A stretch of 64,000 bases of DNA, taken from positions 176,122 through 240,121 of the forward strand of contig CAWGVS010000002.1 of assembly GCA_963826115.1 (NCBI GenBank), in the 5' to 3' direction. This stretch comes from an uncultured Candidatus Rokubacteria bacterium. GTDB lineage: Bacteria; Methylomirabilota; Methylomirabilia; Rokubacteriales; DASRDR01. Every line of letters begins with the position of its first letter. Positions within the stretch are counted from its first letter, which is position 1. Shown piece after piece: positions 18,806-27,766 of this stretch. The notes under the pieces are model-generated. The model was not told the origin of the DNA. It searched no databases and saw only the letters and a list, made by a program, of their open reading frames with translations. Both the position numbers and the translations under genes were made by a program.

Positions 18806-19429
18806 CTACAGGAGGTAGATGAAGGTGAACACCATGATCCAGACCAGGTCGACGAAGTGCCAGTACAGCCCGGCCACCTCCGCGACCATGTAGTTGTAGC
18901 GCATGTCCTTCACGCGGCTGATAACCCGCCAGATCACCAGGAGGTAGATCACGCCCGCCGTCACGTGGAGCCCGTGGAAGCCGGTGATGATGAAGAAGCT
19001 GGCCCCGAACAGGGTGGCGCCCCACGGGTTCCCGAAGACCATGAGCCCGCGCTCGATCAGGTGCGTCCACTCGAAGACCTGGAGTCCGACGAAGATCGCG
19101 CCGCCGGCCGCGGTCAGCAGCACGAACTTCTTCGCGCGGGCCAGGTCGGACGCCTGGAGGGCCTCGAGGGCCTTCACCATCGTGACGCTCGAGCAGATCA
19201 GGAGGAACGTCATGAGCGCGGTGAGCTGGATGCCGAGTACCTGGGCCGGGTTTGGCCAGTCGACGCTCCCCGCCCGCATCGCGCCGTAGGACGCCAGGAG
19301 TACGCCGAAGCCCACGGCGTCTCCCGCCAGGAAGACCCACATCCCGAGCTTGCCCCAGCTCTCCGGCGTCAGGGGCGACTCGGCCGGCTCGACGGCCGGA
19401 TGGTGCAGGGCAGTTGCCGCGTCGCTCAC
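18806..19429 (-). CDS. ctaE: Heme-copper oxidase subunit III (copy 1)
   Basis: GTG 19429; KLGMWVFL, TGFHGLHV and GLYWHFVDLVW motifs. Confidence 0.85.
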   Translation of the reverse strand: MSDAATALHHPAVEPAESPLTPESWGKLGMWVFLAGDAVGFGVLLASYGAMRAGSVDWPNPAQVLGIQLTALMTFLLICSSVTMVKALEALQASDLARAKKFVLLTAAGGAIFVGLQVFEWTHLIERGLMVFGNPWGATLFGASFFIITGFHGLHVTAGVIYLLVIWRVISRVKDMRYNYMVAEVAGLYWHFVDLVWIMVFTFIYLL

Positions 19430-19451
19430 GATCCGCTCTCCTTCCGTGCGG

Positions 19452-20147
19452 TCATGCGAGGTAGACGAGCACGTACAAGACCGGCCAGAGGGCCACCACG
19501 AAGTGCCAGTAGATCGCGCAGCAGTCGAGCGCCGCGTACCGCTCCGCGGTGAACCGGCCGCGCCGCGCGAGCCAGAGCATCGCGCCCAGCCAGGCCGCCG
19601 CGCCGAACACGTGGGCCGCATGCACGCCGATCAGCGTGTAGAACGTGGCTCCGTAGACTCCCGACGACACCCGCAGTCCGAAATGGACGAGCCGTGTCCA
19701 CTCGACCCCCTGGACCACCAGGAACAGCGCGCCGAGCCCCCAGGTCCAGGCGAGCCCGCGCACGAGCCCGGCCCGGTCGCCCGCCCGGACGGCGCGGAGC
19801 GCCCGCACGAGGGTCCAGCTCGACGCGAGCAGGACGAGCGTGTTCACCGCGGTGAGGCCGATGGGGAGCCGCGGCTGGCCGGGCGGCGGCCAGACCGCCG
19901 CCCCCAGCCGCAGCTGGAGGAAGGCGAGCACCAGGCCCCCGAAGAACATGCTCTCCCCGGCGAGGAGCATCCCCATCGCGAGGCGGGCGTTCGAGAGCGG
20001 CGGCCCGTCGGGCCCCGGGGCCCGCTCGCCCTCCCCGTTCCCCTCGTGGGGTCCCGGCGGGCCCGGGATCCGGCCGCCCCGATCGGGGACGCGGTCCCGC
20101 TGGATCTCCGCGGGGCGCACCTCGAGGTCGAGCACGGGCGTGGCCAC
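19452..20147 (-). CDS. ctaE: Heme-copper oxidase subunit III (copy 2)
   Basis: GTG 20147; ESMFFGGL, NTLVLLASS, FYTLIGVHAAHV and YWHFV motifs. Confidence 0.85.
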   Translation of the reverse strand: MATPVLDLEVRPAEIQRDRVPDRGGRIPGPPGPHEGNGEGERAPGPDGPPLSNARLAMGMLLAGESMFFGGLVLAFLQLRLGAAVWPPPGQPRLPIGLTAVNTLVLLASSWTLVRALRAVRAGDRAGLVRGLAWTWGLGALFLVVQGVEWTRLVHFGLRVSSGVYGATFYTLIGVHAAHVFGAAAWLGAMLWLARRGRFTAERYAALDCCAIYWHFVVALWPVLYVLVYLA

Positions 20148-20149
20148 GC

Positions 20150-20311
20150 TCAGTTCCGCAGCCAGGCCACGGCGGCCGAGACGAGCATGAGCACGACGAT
20201 CCACGCCACGAGCCCCCACGCGGTTCGGCGGTTTCGGGTCGCCAGCGAGCTCGGGAGCGCCGGGCGCGGCTCGACGGGTGACGCGGGAACCACGGACGCG
20301 CGCGGGGGCAT
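20150..20311 (-). CDS. Small single-TM hypothetical protein (53 aa)
   Basis: Fills the gap between ctaB and subunit III; RNRRTAWGLVAWIVVLMLVSAAVAWLRN. Confidence 0.55.
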   Translation of the reverse strand: MPPRASVVPASPVEPRPALPSSLATRNRRTAWGLVAWIVVLMLVSAAVAWLRN

Positions 20312-20315
20312 CGGG

Positions 20316-21227
20316 CTAGCCCACCTTGTCCAGCGCCATGAGGGCAAGGAGGAGCGGCAGGTACACGACCGAGGCGATGACGACCCGCCGCGCGGCGGAC
20401 TCGGAGGGCCGGAGGGCCTGCGCCGCGCCGGTGGCCAGGAAGAGCGCGCCGAGGAGCAGGGCGCCGAAGAAGTACACGCCGCCCGTCAGCCCCACCAGGG
20501 TCGGCAGGAGCGCCACCGCGTGGAGCGCGAGGCAACCCGTCACGATCTGGCGCTCGGTGCTCCCGCCGTCCGGGTCCACCACGGGCAGGACCCGGATCCC
20601 CGCGCGCGCGTAGTCGTCGCGGTACAGGCGGGCGATGGCCAGCGTGTGCGGGAGCTGCCAGAGGAACAGGATCGCGAAGAGCACGCCGGCGCCGATCCCC
20701 AGCTCGCCGCGCGCTGCGACCCATCCCGCCACCGGCGGCAAGGCGCCCGGCACCGCGCCGAGCACGGTGCAGAGCGGGCTCACCTGCTTGAGCGGCGTGT
20801 AGACGCCGAGGTAGAGCGCCGACGTCACCGCGGTGACCGCGGTCACCCCGGGACCGACCGCCACGAGGAGGTACAGGAGGCCGCCGAACGTCGCCAGGAC
20901 GCCGAAGGCCGCGGCCTCGCCCGGCTGGAGCCGCCCGTCGGGCAACGGCCGCCCGCGGGTACGGAGCATCCGCGCGTCCACCTCGCGCTCGAGGAACTGG
21001 TTGAGCGCGAGGGTCCCCCCGGCGGCCAGGGCGGTCCCCACGAGGACGTGGAGCACCTGCAGGTAGTCGAGGTCTCGGGACGCGCCGAGGTAGTACCCGA
21101 CGAGCGTGGTCAGCACGACCATCAGGACGACGCGGGGCTTGGCGAGCGACAGGAAGTCCGCGAGGCGGCGCCGGGTGCCCGCGAGCGCCACCGCGCTCTC
21201 GCGCACGACCGCGGTCCGGGACGTCAT
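20316..21227 (-). CDS. ctaB: Protoheme IX farnesyltransferase (heme O synthase)
   Basis: LAKPRV, NQFLEREVDARMLRTRGRPLP, YTPLK, GAVPGALPP, WQLPH and DDY motifs. Confidence 0.93.
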   Translation of the reverse strand: MTSRTAVVRESAVALAGTRRRLADFLSLAKPRVVLMVVLTTLVGYYLGASRDLDYLQVLHVLVGTALAAGGTLALNQFLEREVDARMLRTRGRPLPDGRLQPGEAAAFGVLATFGGLLYLLVAVGPGVTAVTAVTSALYLGVYTPLKQVSPLCTVLGAVPGALPPVAGWVAARGELGIGAGVLFAILFLWQLPHTLAIARLYRDDYARAGIRVLPVVDPDGGSTERQIVTGCLALHAVALLPTLVGLTGGVYFFGALLLGALFLATGAAQALRPSESAARRVVIASVVYLPLLLALMALDKVG

Positions 21228-22144
21228 GCCAGCGCCTCCGTCCGGACCGGCGCGGCCCGGCGCTGCGCGCGGGTCTCGGCGCCGAGCGCGCGCCGCCGGC
21301 CGAGCTGGAGCGCGAGGGCCACCGCGCTCCCCAGGATCAGTGCGCCCACGACCCGGTGGAGCACCGGGAGGGCGACCACGGAGAGCTGCCCCCCCGGCAC
21401 CCAGAGGCTCGTGAAGCGGACCGTGTAGGCGCCGAGCCCGAGGAGGACCTGGACCAGGAGGAGCACCTTCACGGCGCGCGCCCACCAGGCGAGGACCGGG
21501 TCCTCCCCGGCGGCCCGAAGGACCGCGAGGGCCACGCCGACCAGGACGGCGAGCGTCACGACCGCCCCGGCGACGTGCCACCAGACCGCCGGGCCGTGCG
21601 TCGTGAAGGCGCCGAGGACGACCTGGCCGTAGACGACGACCACCGCGAACCGGCCGAGCACGGCCAGCCGGTCGATCCGCTCCGGCGCGGCGGACAGCGC
21701 CTGCCAGCCGCGGCCCGTCACCACCGCGATCCCGACCAGGAGCCCGAAGAACACCTGGGCGAGACAGCCGTGGACGACGGCCAGCGCATCCTGCAGGAGC
21801 ACGACACGGAGTCCCCCGATCAGCCCCTGGATCCCCACCAGGACGACAGCCAGGGCGCCCAGGCCCCGTACCCAGCGGCGCGCCTCACCGAGCCACAGGG
21901 CCACCGCCAAGAGGGCGGTGAGGAGCCCGATCGTGGCCCCGAGGAGGCGATGGCCGTGCTCGACCAGGACGCCCCCCACCATCCCCGACCACGGGAACAG
22001 GAAGAGGTTGTGCCCGAAGGTGGTGGGCCAGTCGGGCACCGCCAGCGCCGCGCCCGTGTTGGTGACGAGCCCGCCGGCCACGATCAGGCCGGCGGTCGCG
22101 CCCGCCGTCACGCACGCCAGGCGATGCGGCCACCCGACAGCCAC
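21224..22144 (-). CDS. ctaA: Heme A synthase (COX15/CtaA), lacking the loop cysteines
   Basis: GGLVT...AVPDWP, EHGHR, QGLIGGLRV and three further conserved His. Confidence 0.85.
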   Translation of the reverse strand: MAVGWPHRLACVTAGATAGLIVAGGLVTNTGAALAVPDWPTTFGHNLFLFPWSGMVGGVLVEHGHRLLGATIGLLTALLAVALWLGEARRWVRGLGALAVVLVGIQGLIGGLRVVLLQDALAVVHGCLAQVFFGLLVGIAVVTGRGWQALSAAPERIDRLAVLGRFAVVVVYGQVVLGAFTTHGPAVWWHVAGAVVTLAVLVGVALAVLRAAGEDPVLAWWARAVKVLLLVQVLLGLGAYTVRFTSLWVPGGQLSVVALPVLHRVVGALILGSAVALALQLGRRRALGAETRAQRRAAPVRTEALA

Positions 22145-22176
22145 CCGCGTCCCCTCCCGCGTCCCGCCCGGACCCG

Positions 22177-23925
22177 TCAGTGCCCGTGTCCGCCCGATCG
22201 GGCGCCGGCCACCACCTGGGTCTGCGGCAGGAAATCCTCGGTCATGCCCGGCACGCTGTACTCGTAGGGGCCCCGGTAGACGGTCGGGATCGCGGCCTCC
22301 CAGTTACCGTGCGGGGGCGGCGAGGCTGCCTGCCACTCGAGCGTGTTCGAGTGCCAGGGGTTCCGCTCCGCCTTCTTCCCGCCGACGAGGCTCGAGATGA
22401 AGTTCCAGAGGAACAGGATCTGGGACACCCCGAGGATGAAGGCGCACACGGACATGAACACGGCGATGGGCTGGAGGTGCTGGAGGAACTCGTACTGCGT
22501 CGGGTTGTAGATCCGACGCATCATCCCGCCCACGCCCAGGAAGTGCATCGGGAAGAAGACGAGGTTGAAGAACACGAACGTCAGGATGGCGTGGAGCTTC
22601 CCGAGCGACTCGTTCATCTCCCGCCCGAAGAGCTTCGGGAACCAGAACGTGATGGCCGCGAACATCGCGAAGATGATCCCCGCCACCACGTAGTGGAAGT
22701 GCGCCACGATGAAGTAGGTGTCGTGGATGAAGATGTCGACCGGCGTGATGGCCATGAAGATCCCGGAGAGACCGCCGATCGTGAACGTCGACAGGAACGA
22801 GATCGCGTGGATCATCGGCGTCGTGAAGCGGATCGAGCCGCCCCACAGCGTCCCGAGCCAGTTGAACGACTTGATCGCGGACGGCACCGCGATGACCATC
22901 GTCGTCAGCATGAACGAGGTGCCGAGCGCGGGGCTCATGCCGCTGATGAACATGTGGTGGCCGTAGACGATCCACGACAGGAACGCGATCGAGATCATCG
23001 AGTACGCCATCGCCCGGTACCCGAAGATCGGCTTGCGCGAGAAGGTCGACAGCACGTCCGAGGTCACGCCCATCGCCGGAAGGACGAGGATGTAGACCTC
23101 CGGGTGCCCGAAGAACCAGAAGAGGTGCTGCCAGAGCAGCACCTCGCCGCCCCCCGACGGGTCGAACCAGTGGGTCCCGATCGTCCGGTCGAAGAGGAGC
23201 ATGGCGCACGCGGACGTGAGCACGGGCAGCGCCAGCAGGAGCAGGATCGCCGTGATGAAGAGGGACCAGATCACGAGCGGCATCCGGAACAGCGTCATGC
23301 CGGGCGCCCGCATGTTGACGACCGTCGTGATGTAGTTGATCGAGCCCATCATCGACGAGACCCCGAGCACGAAGAGGCTGATCAACCAGAGGTTCTGGCC
23401 CCAGTTCACCCCGGTGAACTGGGGGTTGGCGGACAGGGGGGCGTAGGCGGTCCAGCCCGCCGCCGCATGGCCGCCGGGAACGAAGAACCCGGCCAGCATG
23501 ATCACGCCCGACACCGCGCCCGTCCAGAACGAGAGCATGTTCAGCTTGGGGAAGGCCATGTCGCGCGCGCCGAGCATCAGCGGGATCAGGAAGTTCCCGA
23601 AACACCCCACCATGATCGGCATGACCACGAAGAAGATCATCAGGGTGGCGTGCATCGTGAACAGCATGTTGTAGACCTCGGGCGGGATCACGCCCTCGGT
23701 CTCGCGGAACAGCCAGCCCATGCCCGGCACCGGCGTCTCCGGCCAGCCGAGCTGCCACCGGATCAGCATGGCCAGGAAGCCGCCGATCATCAGCATGAAG
23801 AGGCCCATGAACAGGAACTGCCGACCGATCATCTTGTGGTCGGTCGAGAAGATGTACGTGCGCACGAACCCGAGGTCGTGGTGCTCGTGGACGTCGTGCG
23901 CCGCTGCCTTCGCGCTCTGAGCCAT
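22177..23925 (-). CDS. ctaD: Cytochrome c oxidase subunit I, family A1
   Basis: TDHK (D-channel), TMHAT, WFFGHPEVY (A1), GHHMF, PSAIK (K-channel), AHFHY and MMRR motifs. Confidence 0.95.
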   Translation of the reverse strand: MAQSAKAAAHDVHEHHDLGFVRTYIFSTDHKMIGRQFLFMGLFMLMIGGFLAMLIRWQLGWPETPVPGMGWLFRETEGVIPPEVYNMLFTMHATLMIFFVVMPIMVGCFGNFLIPLMLGARDMAFPKLNMLSFWTGAVSGVIMLAGFFVPGGHAAAGWTAYAPLSANPQFTGVNWGQNLWLISLFVLGVSSMMGSINYITTVVNMRAPGMTLFRMPLVIWSLFITAILLLLALPVLTSACAMLLFDRTIGTHWFDPSGGGEVLLWQHLFWFFGHPEVYILVLPAMGVTSDVLSTFSRKPIFGYRAMAYSMISIAFLSWIVYGHHMFISGMSPALGTSFMLTTMVIAVPSAIKSFNWLGTLWGGSIRFTTPMIHAISFLSTFTIGGLSGIFMAITPVDIFIHDTYFIVAHFHYVVAGIIFAMFAAITFWFPKLFGREMNESLGKLHAILTFVFFNLVFFPMHFLGVGGMMRRIYNPTQYEFLQHLQPIAVFMSVCAFILGVSQILFLWNFISSLVGGKKAERNPWHSNTLEWQAASPPPHGNWEAAIPTVYRGPYEYSVPGMTEDFLPQTQVVAGARSGGHGH

Positions 23926-23974
23926 CGTTGTTCCTATCCTCCCTTGCGAGAGACCTCAGTCCGGCGGGTCCGGC

Positions 23975-24631
23975 CTAGGAAGGCCACTTCTCCTTGAGCC
24001 ACTTCCCGTAGTCCTCGGGCGTGTGGACGAAGAGGTAACCCTTCATCCCCGAGTGGCCGAACCCGCACAGCTCGGCGCACGGGATCTCGTACTTCCCCGG
24101 TTTGGTCACCTCGATCCACTGGAGGATCTCGCGGCCGGGCACCGCGTCCTGCTTGAACCGCGCCGTGGGGATGAACACGCTGTGGATGACGTCCCGCGAC
24201 CGAAGGTGCAGCACGACCGGTTTGTTGATCGGCACGTGCACCTCGTTGTCGAACGTCTGGTCGTCGGCGGTGTCGAACTTCCCGTCCGGCCCCGGGTACG
24301 CGACCTCCCAGTTGAACTGCTTCGCGGTGATGCGCACGTGGAGGTCCGACTCGGGAACGTGGCTCTTGATCTTCGACCAGGTCGGGATGGCGAGGAACGT
24401 CAGCACCACCAGGATCAGGGAGGGGACGATCGTCCACACCATCTCGAGCGTGGTGTTGCCGTGGCTGTAGACGGCCCGCCGTCCGGGCCGTTGGCGGTAC
24501 ACGACCAGGAACCACGCCAGCAACACCGTCACGAGCACGAACGCGGCGCCGGTGATGTAGTAGATGAGATAGAAGAGGTCGTCGAGCTCCTTGCCGTACG
24601 TCGCGATGTTCTCGGGGAGCCAGCTCATCAT
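23975..24631 (-). CDS. ctaC: Cytochrome c oxidase subunit II (CuA), no fused cytochrome c
   Basis: LEMVWT, DVIHS and CAELCGFGHSGM motifs. Confidence 0.93.
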   Translation of the reverse strand: MMSWLPENIATYGKELDDLFYLIYYITGAAFVLVTVLLAWFLVVYRQRPGRRAVYSHGNTTLEMVWTIVPSLILVVLTFLAIPTWSKIKSHVPESDLHVRITAKQFNWEVAYPGPDGKFDTADDQTFDNEVHVPINKPVVLHLRSRDVIHSVFIPTARFKQDAVPGREILQWIEVTKPGKYEIPCAELCGFGHSGMKGYLFVHTPEDYGKWLKEKWPS

Positions 24632-24760
24632 CGCAGTCGGCCCGTCCTTTTCGATCGAAGGGGGGTCACGGTCTCGTTCCGCACCGGGGCCGACGCCCCG
24701 GCGTCCGGCGCGCGCTCCCGGCGGCCCATCCGGCCCCGGGAGCGCACGCCTGCCGGAGTC

Positions 24761-25459
24761 CTACTTTTTCAACTCGAAGGCGACCTTCGTGTCCTGCCCG
24801 GCCTTGACCTCGACTTCCTTGGTCTGCTTGCCGAGCACCGGGTGGATCACCTCCACCTTGTGCTTCCCGGGCGGCACGTTCTCCAGCTTGAAGGCGCCGT
24901 TGGCGTCGGTGACGGCCGTCGGACTCTCGGTCACGAAGATCCAGCCGTGCATCCAGCTGTGGGCGTCACACTGGACCTTCACGAGCTCGGGCTTGTCCAG
25001 CTTCTCCACCATCTCCTTCTTGAATTTCGGCTGCGCCTTGTTGATCGGCGGGTTGGCCGTCGAGAAGGTGTGGATGTTGTGGAGGACGCCGTCCGAATTG
25101 AGGATCTTGACCTCGCCCGGCGCCATCACGAGGACCTCGGGGTGGAACTCGCACCCCTTCTGGTCGAGGACCGCCGGCTTGGAGGGCTTGGCGCCCTTGG
25201 CGCTGGGGACCGACACCAGCGTGTCGGCCAGGCCGCCCCCGGCGCCCACCGCGACCTCGGCGATCTTCTTCTCCTGGCCGCAGACCTCGTTGTCCTTGTT
25301 GACCTTGATCACCTTGGGCGCGGGCGCGGCACCGGCGAACTTCACCTCGCCGCTGATGGACCCACCGCCCTGGGCGCCCGCCGGCCAGCCGGCCACCAGG
25401 ACGACTCCCGCCGCGGTTGCCACGACGGCCAGCATGCTCACCACGATCGACTGCTTCAT
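24761..25459 (-). CDS. Secreted carboxypeptidase-regulatory-like / cupredoxin-like protein
   Basis: AAGGAGG RBS before ATG 25459; signal peptide ending AGA-Q; LHNIH...CDAHSWM. Confidence 0.7.
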   Translation of the reverse strand: MKQSIVVSMLAVVATAAGVVLVAGWPAGAQGGGSISGEVKFAGAAPAPKVIKVNKDNEVCGQEKKIAEVAVGAGGGLADTLVSVPSAKGAKPSKPAVLDQKGCEFHPEVLVMAPGEVKILNSDGVLHNIHTFSTANPPINKAQPKFKKEMVEKLDKPELVKVQCDAHSWMHGWIFVTESPTAVTDANGAFKLENVPPGKHKVEVIHPVLGKQTKEVEVKAGQDTKVAFELKK

Positions 25460-25476
25460 CGAAACCTTCCTCCTTG

Positions 25477-27762
25477 TCATCGAGTCTCGCGCGACGCGGC
25501 GTCTTGCCGCCCGCGGGCCCACCGGGCGAGCCCGAGGCCGGCGGCGCCCGACGCCAGCGCCAGGATCGGCGGTACGACGAACTGCCGCTTCGAGGGCGGC
25601 GGCTCGAGCCGCGCATAGTACCAGGTGGAGACGGCGGCCTTCGGGCCGTCGTCCCCCTCCGAGCCGTCCCATGCCCAGAAGGCCACCGGGAAGAACTCCC
25701 CGGGGCGGAAGACGAAGTCCTGCGAGTCCGAGGTCTTGAGCGGCCGCCGGATCACCGCCCGGTACTGGCCGGCGTCGTAGACGACCTGTCCCTTGGCTTG
25801 CACGGCTTCCCCCGCCTGGGGCGTCATCTTCCCCGCTCCCGTTGCCGTGGCCTCGCCCACGTCCCCGCCCGCGCGCCACGTCAGCAAGTAGACGGGATGG
25901 CTGCCGTCTCCCATCAGGAAGTACGGGCGGTCCCCCGTCCCCTGCCCGGTCGGGAACTGGATGGCGACCATGTCCGGCTTCGGCGCCCCCTTGGTCGGAT
26001 CGGACGCCGTCGGGTCGTCCCAGGTCAGGTGAAACACCGCCTCGCGCTCAGTGTACACCGCCCGCACCGTGACGATGTCGACGGTGGGGTTGAAGTTTCG
26101 CGGGTCGACGATGACCTGGCCGACCATGGGGATCGGCCCGCCCGGGCGGCGGGTCCAGAACTCGGCGTTCGGGTCGCTCGGCACCTCGCCCGCGACCGGT
26201 AGAATCGTCAGCAGCGCCGCCAAGTTGAGGCGCTCCGGCCCCAGGGACCGCACGTAGTTCGCGAGGTCCCAGAGGCTCGCGTCCTTGACGTCGGCGTCCT
26301 TCTCGTCCGACTTTCGGTAGTCCTCGACCGAGTCGGCGATGGCCGGCATCGGCGTCCCGGCGACGCCGGTCAGGAGCCGCATGACCACGTCCTTCCGCTC
26401 CGAGCCCCCCCGGAAGTTCCACGGGCTGTGGAGGTTGGCAGGCCGGATCGGGTGGCCCCAGTCGTCCTTCAAGTCGGATCCCGGCGCGGGATCCCCGCGA
26501 CCCGCCTGGCCGTGGCACTTGACGCACTCGAAGGCGTCGAACATCTTCTTGCCCCGGCGCAGCGACGCCTCCGACGAGGCAACCTCCTTGGGCACGGCGA
26601 CGGCCTCGAGCTTCGCCCCCTTGTAGCCGTCCGCGAAGGTCTTGATGTAGGCCACGACCGCCGAGCGCTCCTTCTCGGGGAGCGACCGCCAGGCGGGCAT
26701 CGACGTCCCGGGCATGCCGTCGGTCACGATCCGGAGCAGATCCTGGTCCGAGGCCAGGGGGCCCCCCACGCTGCGGATCTTGTACTTCCCGGCGGTGAAG
26801 TCGCGCGGCCGCGGGACGAGCAGCTCGGCCGCGGGCCCGTCGCCCTTGCCGGTCGCGCCGTGGCAGCCCACGCAGCGCTTCTCGTAGACCTGCTTGCCGA
26901 GTGCGACGTCGCCCGACTGGGCGGCCGCGGACCGCGGCGCGAGAAGCTCGGCGCCGCCGGCGAGGAGGCCCGTCGTCGGCCCCGGCTCGACCGGCCGGGC
27001 CGCGTGCGACTCCATCACCCGCGGCGGATGGCCCGTCGTCTCGTAGAGGTAGTAGATCACCTGCCAGATCTGCTCGTCGGTCAGCCGGTCTTCCCAGGCC
27101 GGCATCGCCGAGTTCCAGGGCGTCGACTCCTTCGGCAGGCCCGGGCCGCCCTTCGCGATGCGCCAGAACACGTAGCCCTCGGAGAGCTGGGCGATCGTGT
27201 TCGGGCCGGCGAAGTCCGCCGGCTGCGGGTTGAAGCCGTGGGCGAAGTGCCCCCGGCCGTCCAGCAGGTCGCCATGGCAGTACATGCAGTTCCGGATGTA
27301 GGTCGCGGCGCCCGCCGCGAGGTGCTTCTCGCGGTTCCCGGGGTTCGCCTTGATGTCCTTCCGGATCGGCGTGTCGGCGTGCTGGAGGTTGATCTCCTTC
27401 CCCCGGAAGCTGATGGAGTCGGGGGGCGCCGGGTGGACCGCGCGGAGCTCGAGCGGCGCCTCGGCGCGGGCCGCCGCCTGCGAATACGCGTAGTAGCCGA
27501 TCAGGAGGGGGATCACCACGCCGAGGACGAGCCGCAGTGGCCGCCGGCGGGGCTCGGTGAGCATCGCCCAGATCGGCGCCACGAAGGCGCGCCACGAGTC
27601 GGAGTCCGACGAGACGTACACCAGGACGGCCATGACCGTGATGGCCATGTACATCGAGAACACGCTGAACGGCATGGGCGGCCGGATCCCGTACCGGAAC
27701 AGGAGGGCGGCCGCGACCACGACCAGGGCGGCCTGGAGGAACTTCCCGCGCGGGGTCGGCAT
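25477..27762 (-). CDS. Membrane-anchored trihaem cytochrome c fused to an ethylbenzene-dehydrogenase-gamma-like (EB_dh) haem-b domain
   Basis: CMYCH, CVGCH, CVKCH; C-terminal WDDPT...DMVAIQFP...YFLMG...RRPL...AFWAWDG...K...STWYY; N- and C-terminal TM segments. Confidence 0.8.
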   Translation of the reverse strand: MPTPRGKFLQAALVVVAAALLFRYGIRPPMPFSVFSMYMAITVMAVLVYVSSDSDSWRAFVAPIWAMLTEPRRRPLRLVLGVVIPLLIGYYAYSQAAARAEAPLELRAVHPAPPDSISFRGKEINLQHADTPIRKDIKANPGNREKHLAAGAATYIRNCMYCHGDLLDGRGHFAHGFNPQPADFAGPNTIAQLSEGYVFWRIAKGGPGLPKESTPWNSAMPAWEDRLTDEQIWQVIYYLYETTGHPPRVMESHAARPVEPGPTTGLLAGGAELLAPRSAAAQSGDVALGKQVYEKRCVGCHGATGKGDGPAAELLVPRPRDFTAGKYKIRSVGGPLASDQDLLRIVTDGMPGTSMPAWRSLPEKERSAVVAYIKTFADGYKGAKLEAVAVPKEVASSEASLRRGKKMFDAFECVKCHGQAGRGDPAPGSDLKDDWGHPIRPANLHSPWNFRGGSERKDVVMRLLTGVAGTPMPAIADSVEDYRKSDEKDADVKDASLWDLANYVRSLGPERLNLAALLTILPVAGEVPSDPNAEFWTRRPGGPIPMVGQVIVDPRNFNPTVDIVTVRAVYTEREAVFHLTWDDPTASDPTKGAPKPDMVAIQFPTGQGTGDRPYFLMGDGSHPVYLLTWRAGGDVGEATATGAGKMTPQAGEAVQAKGQVVYDAGQYRAVIRRPLKTSDSQDFVFRPGEFFPVAFWAWDGSEGDDGPKAAVSTWYYARLEPPPSKRQFVVPPILALASGAAGLGLARWARGRQDAASRETR

Positions 27763-27766
27763 GGGG

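Noticed and set aside
25477-27762. Calling the EB_dh cytochrome nxrC and inferring nitrite oxidation
   Set aside because: No nxrA/nxrB in the window, and the domain is shared by many systems.
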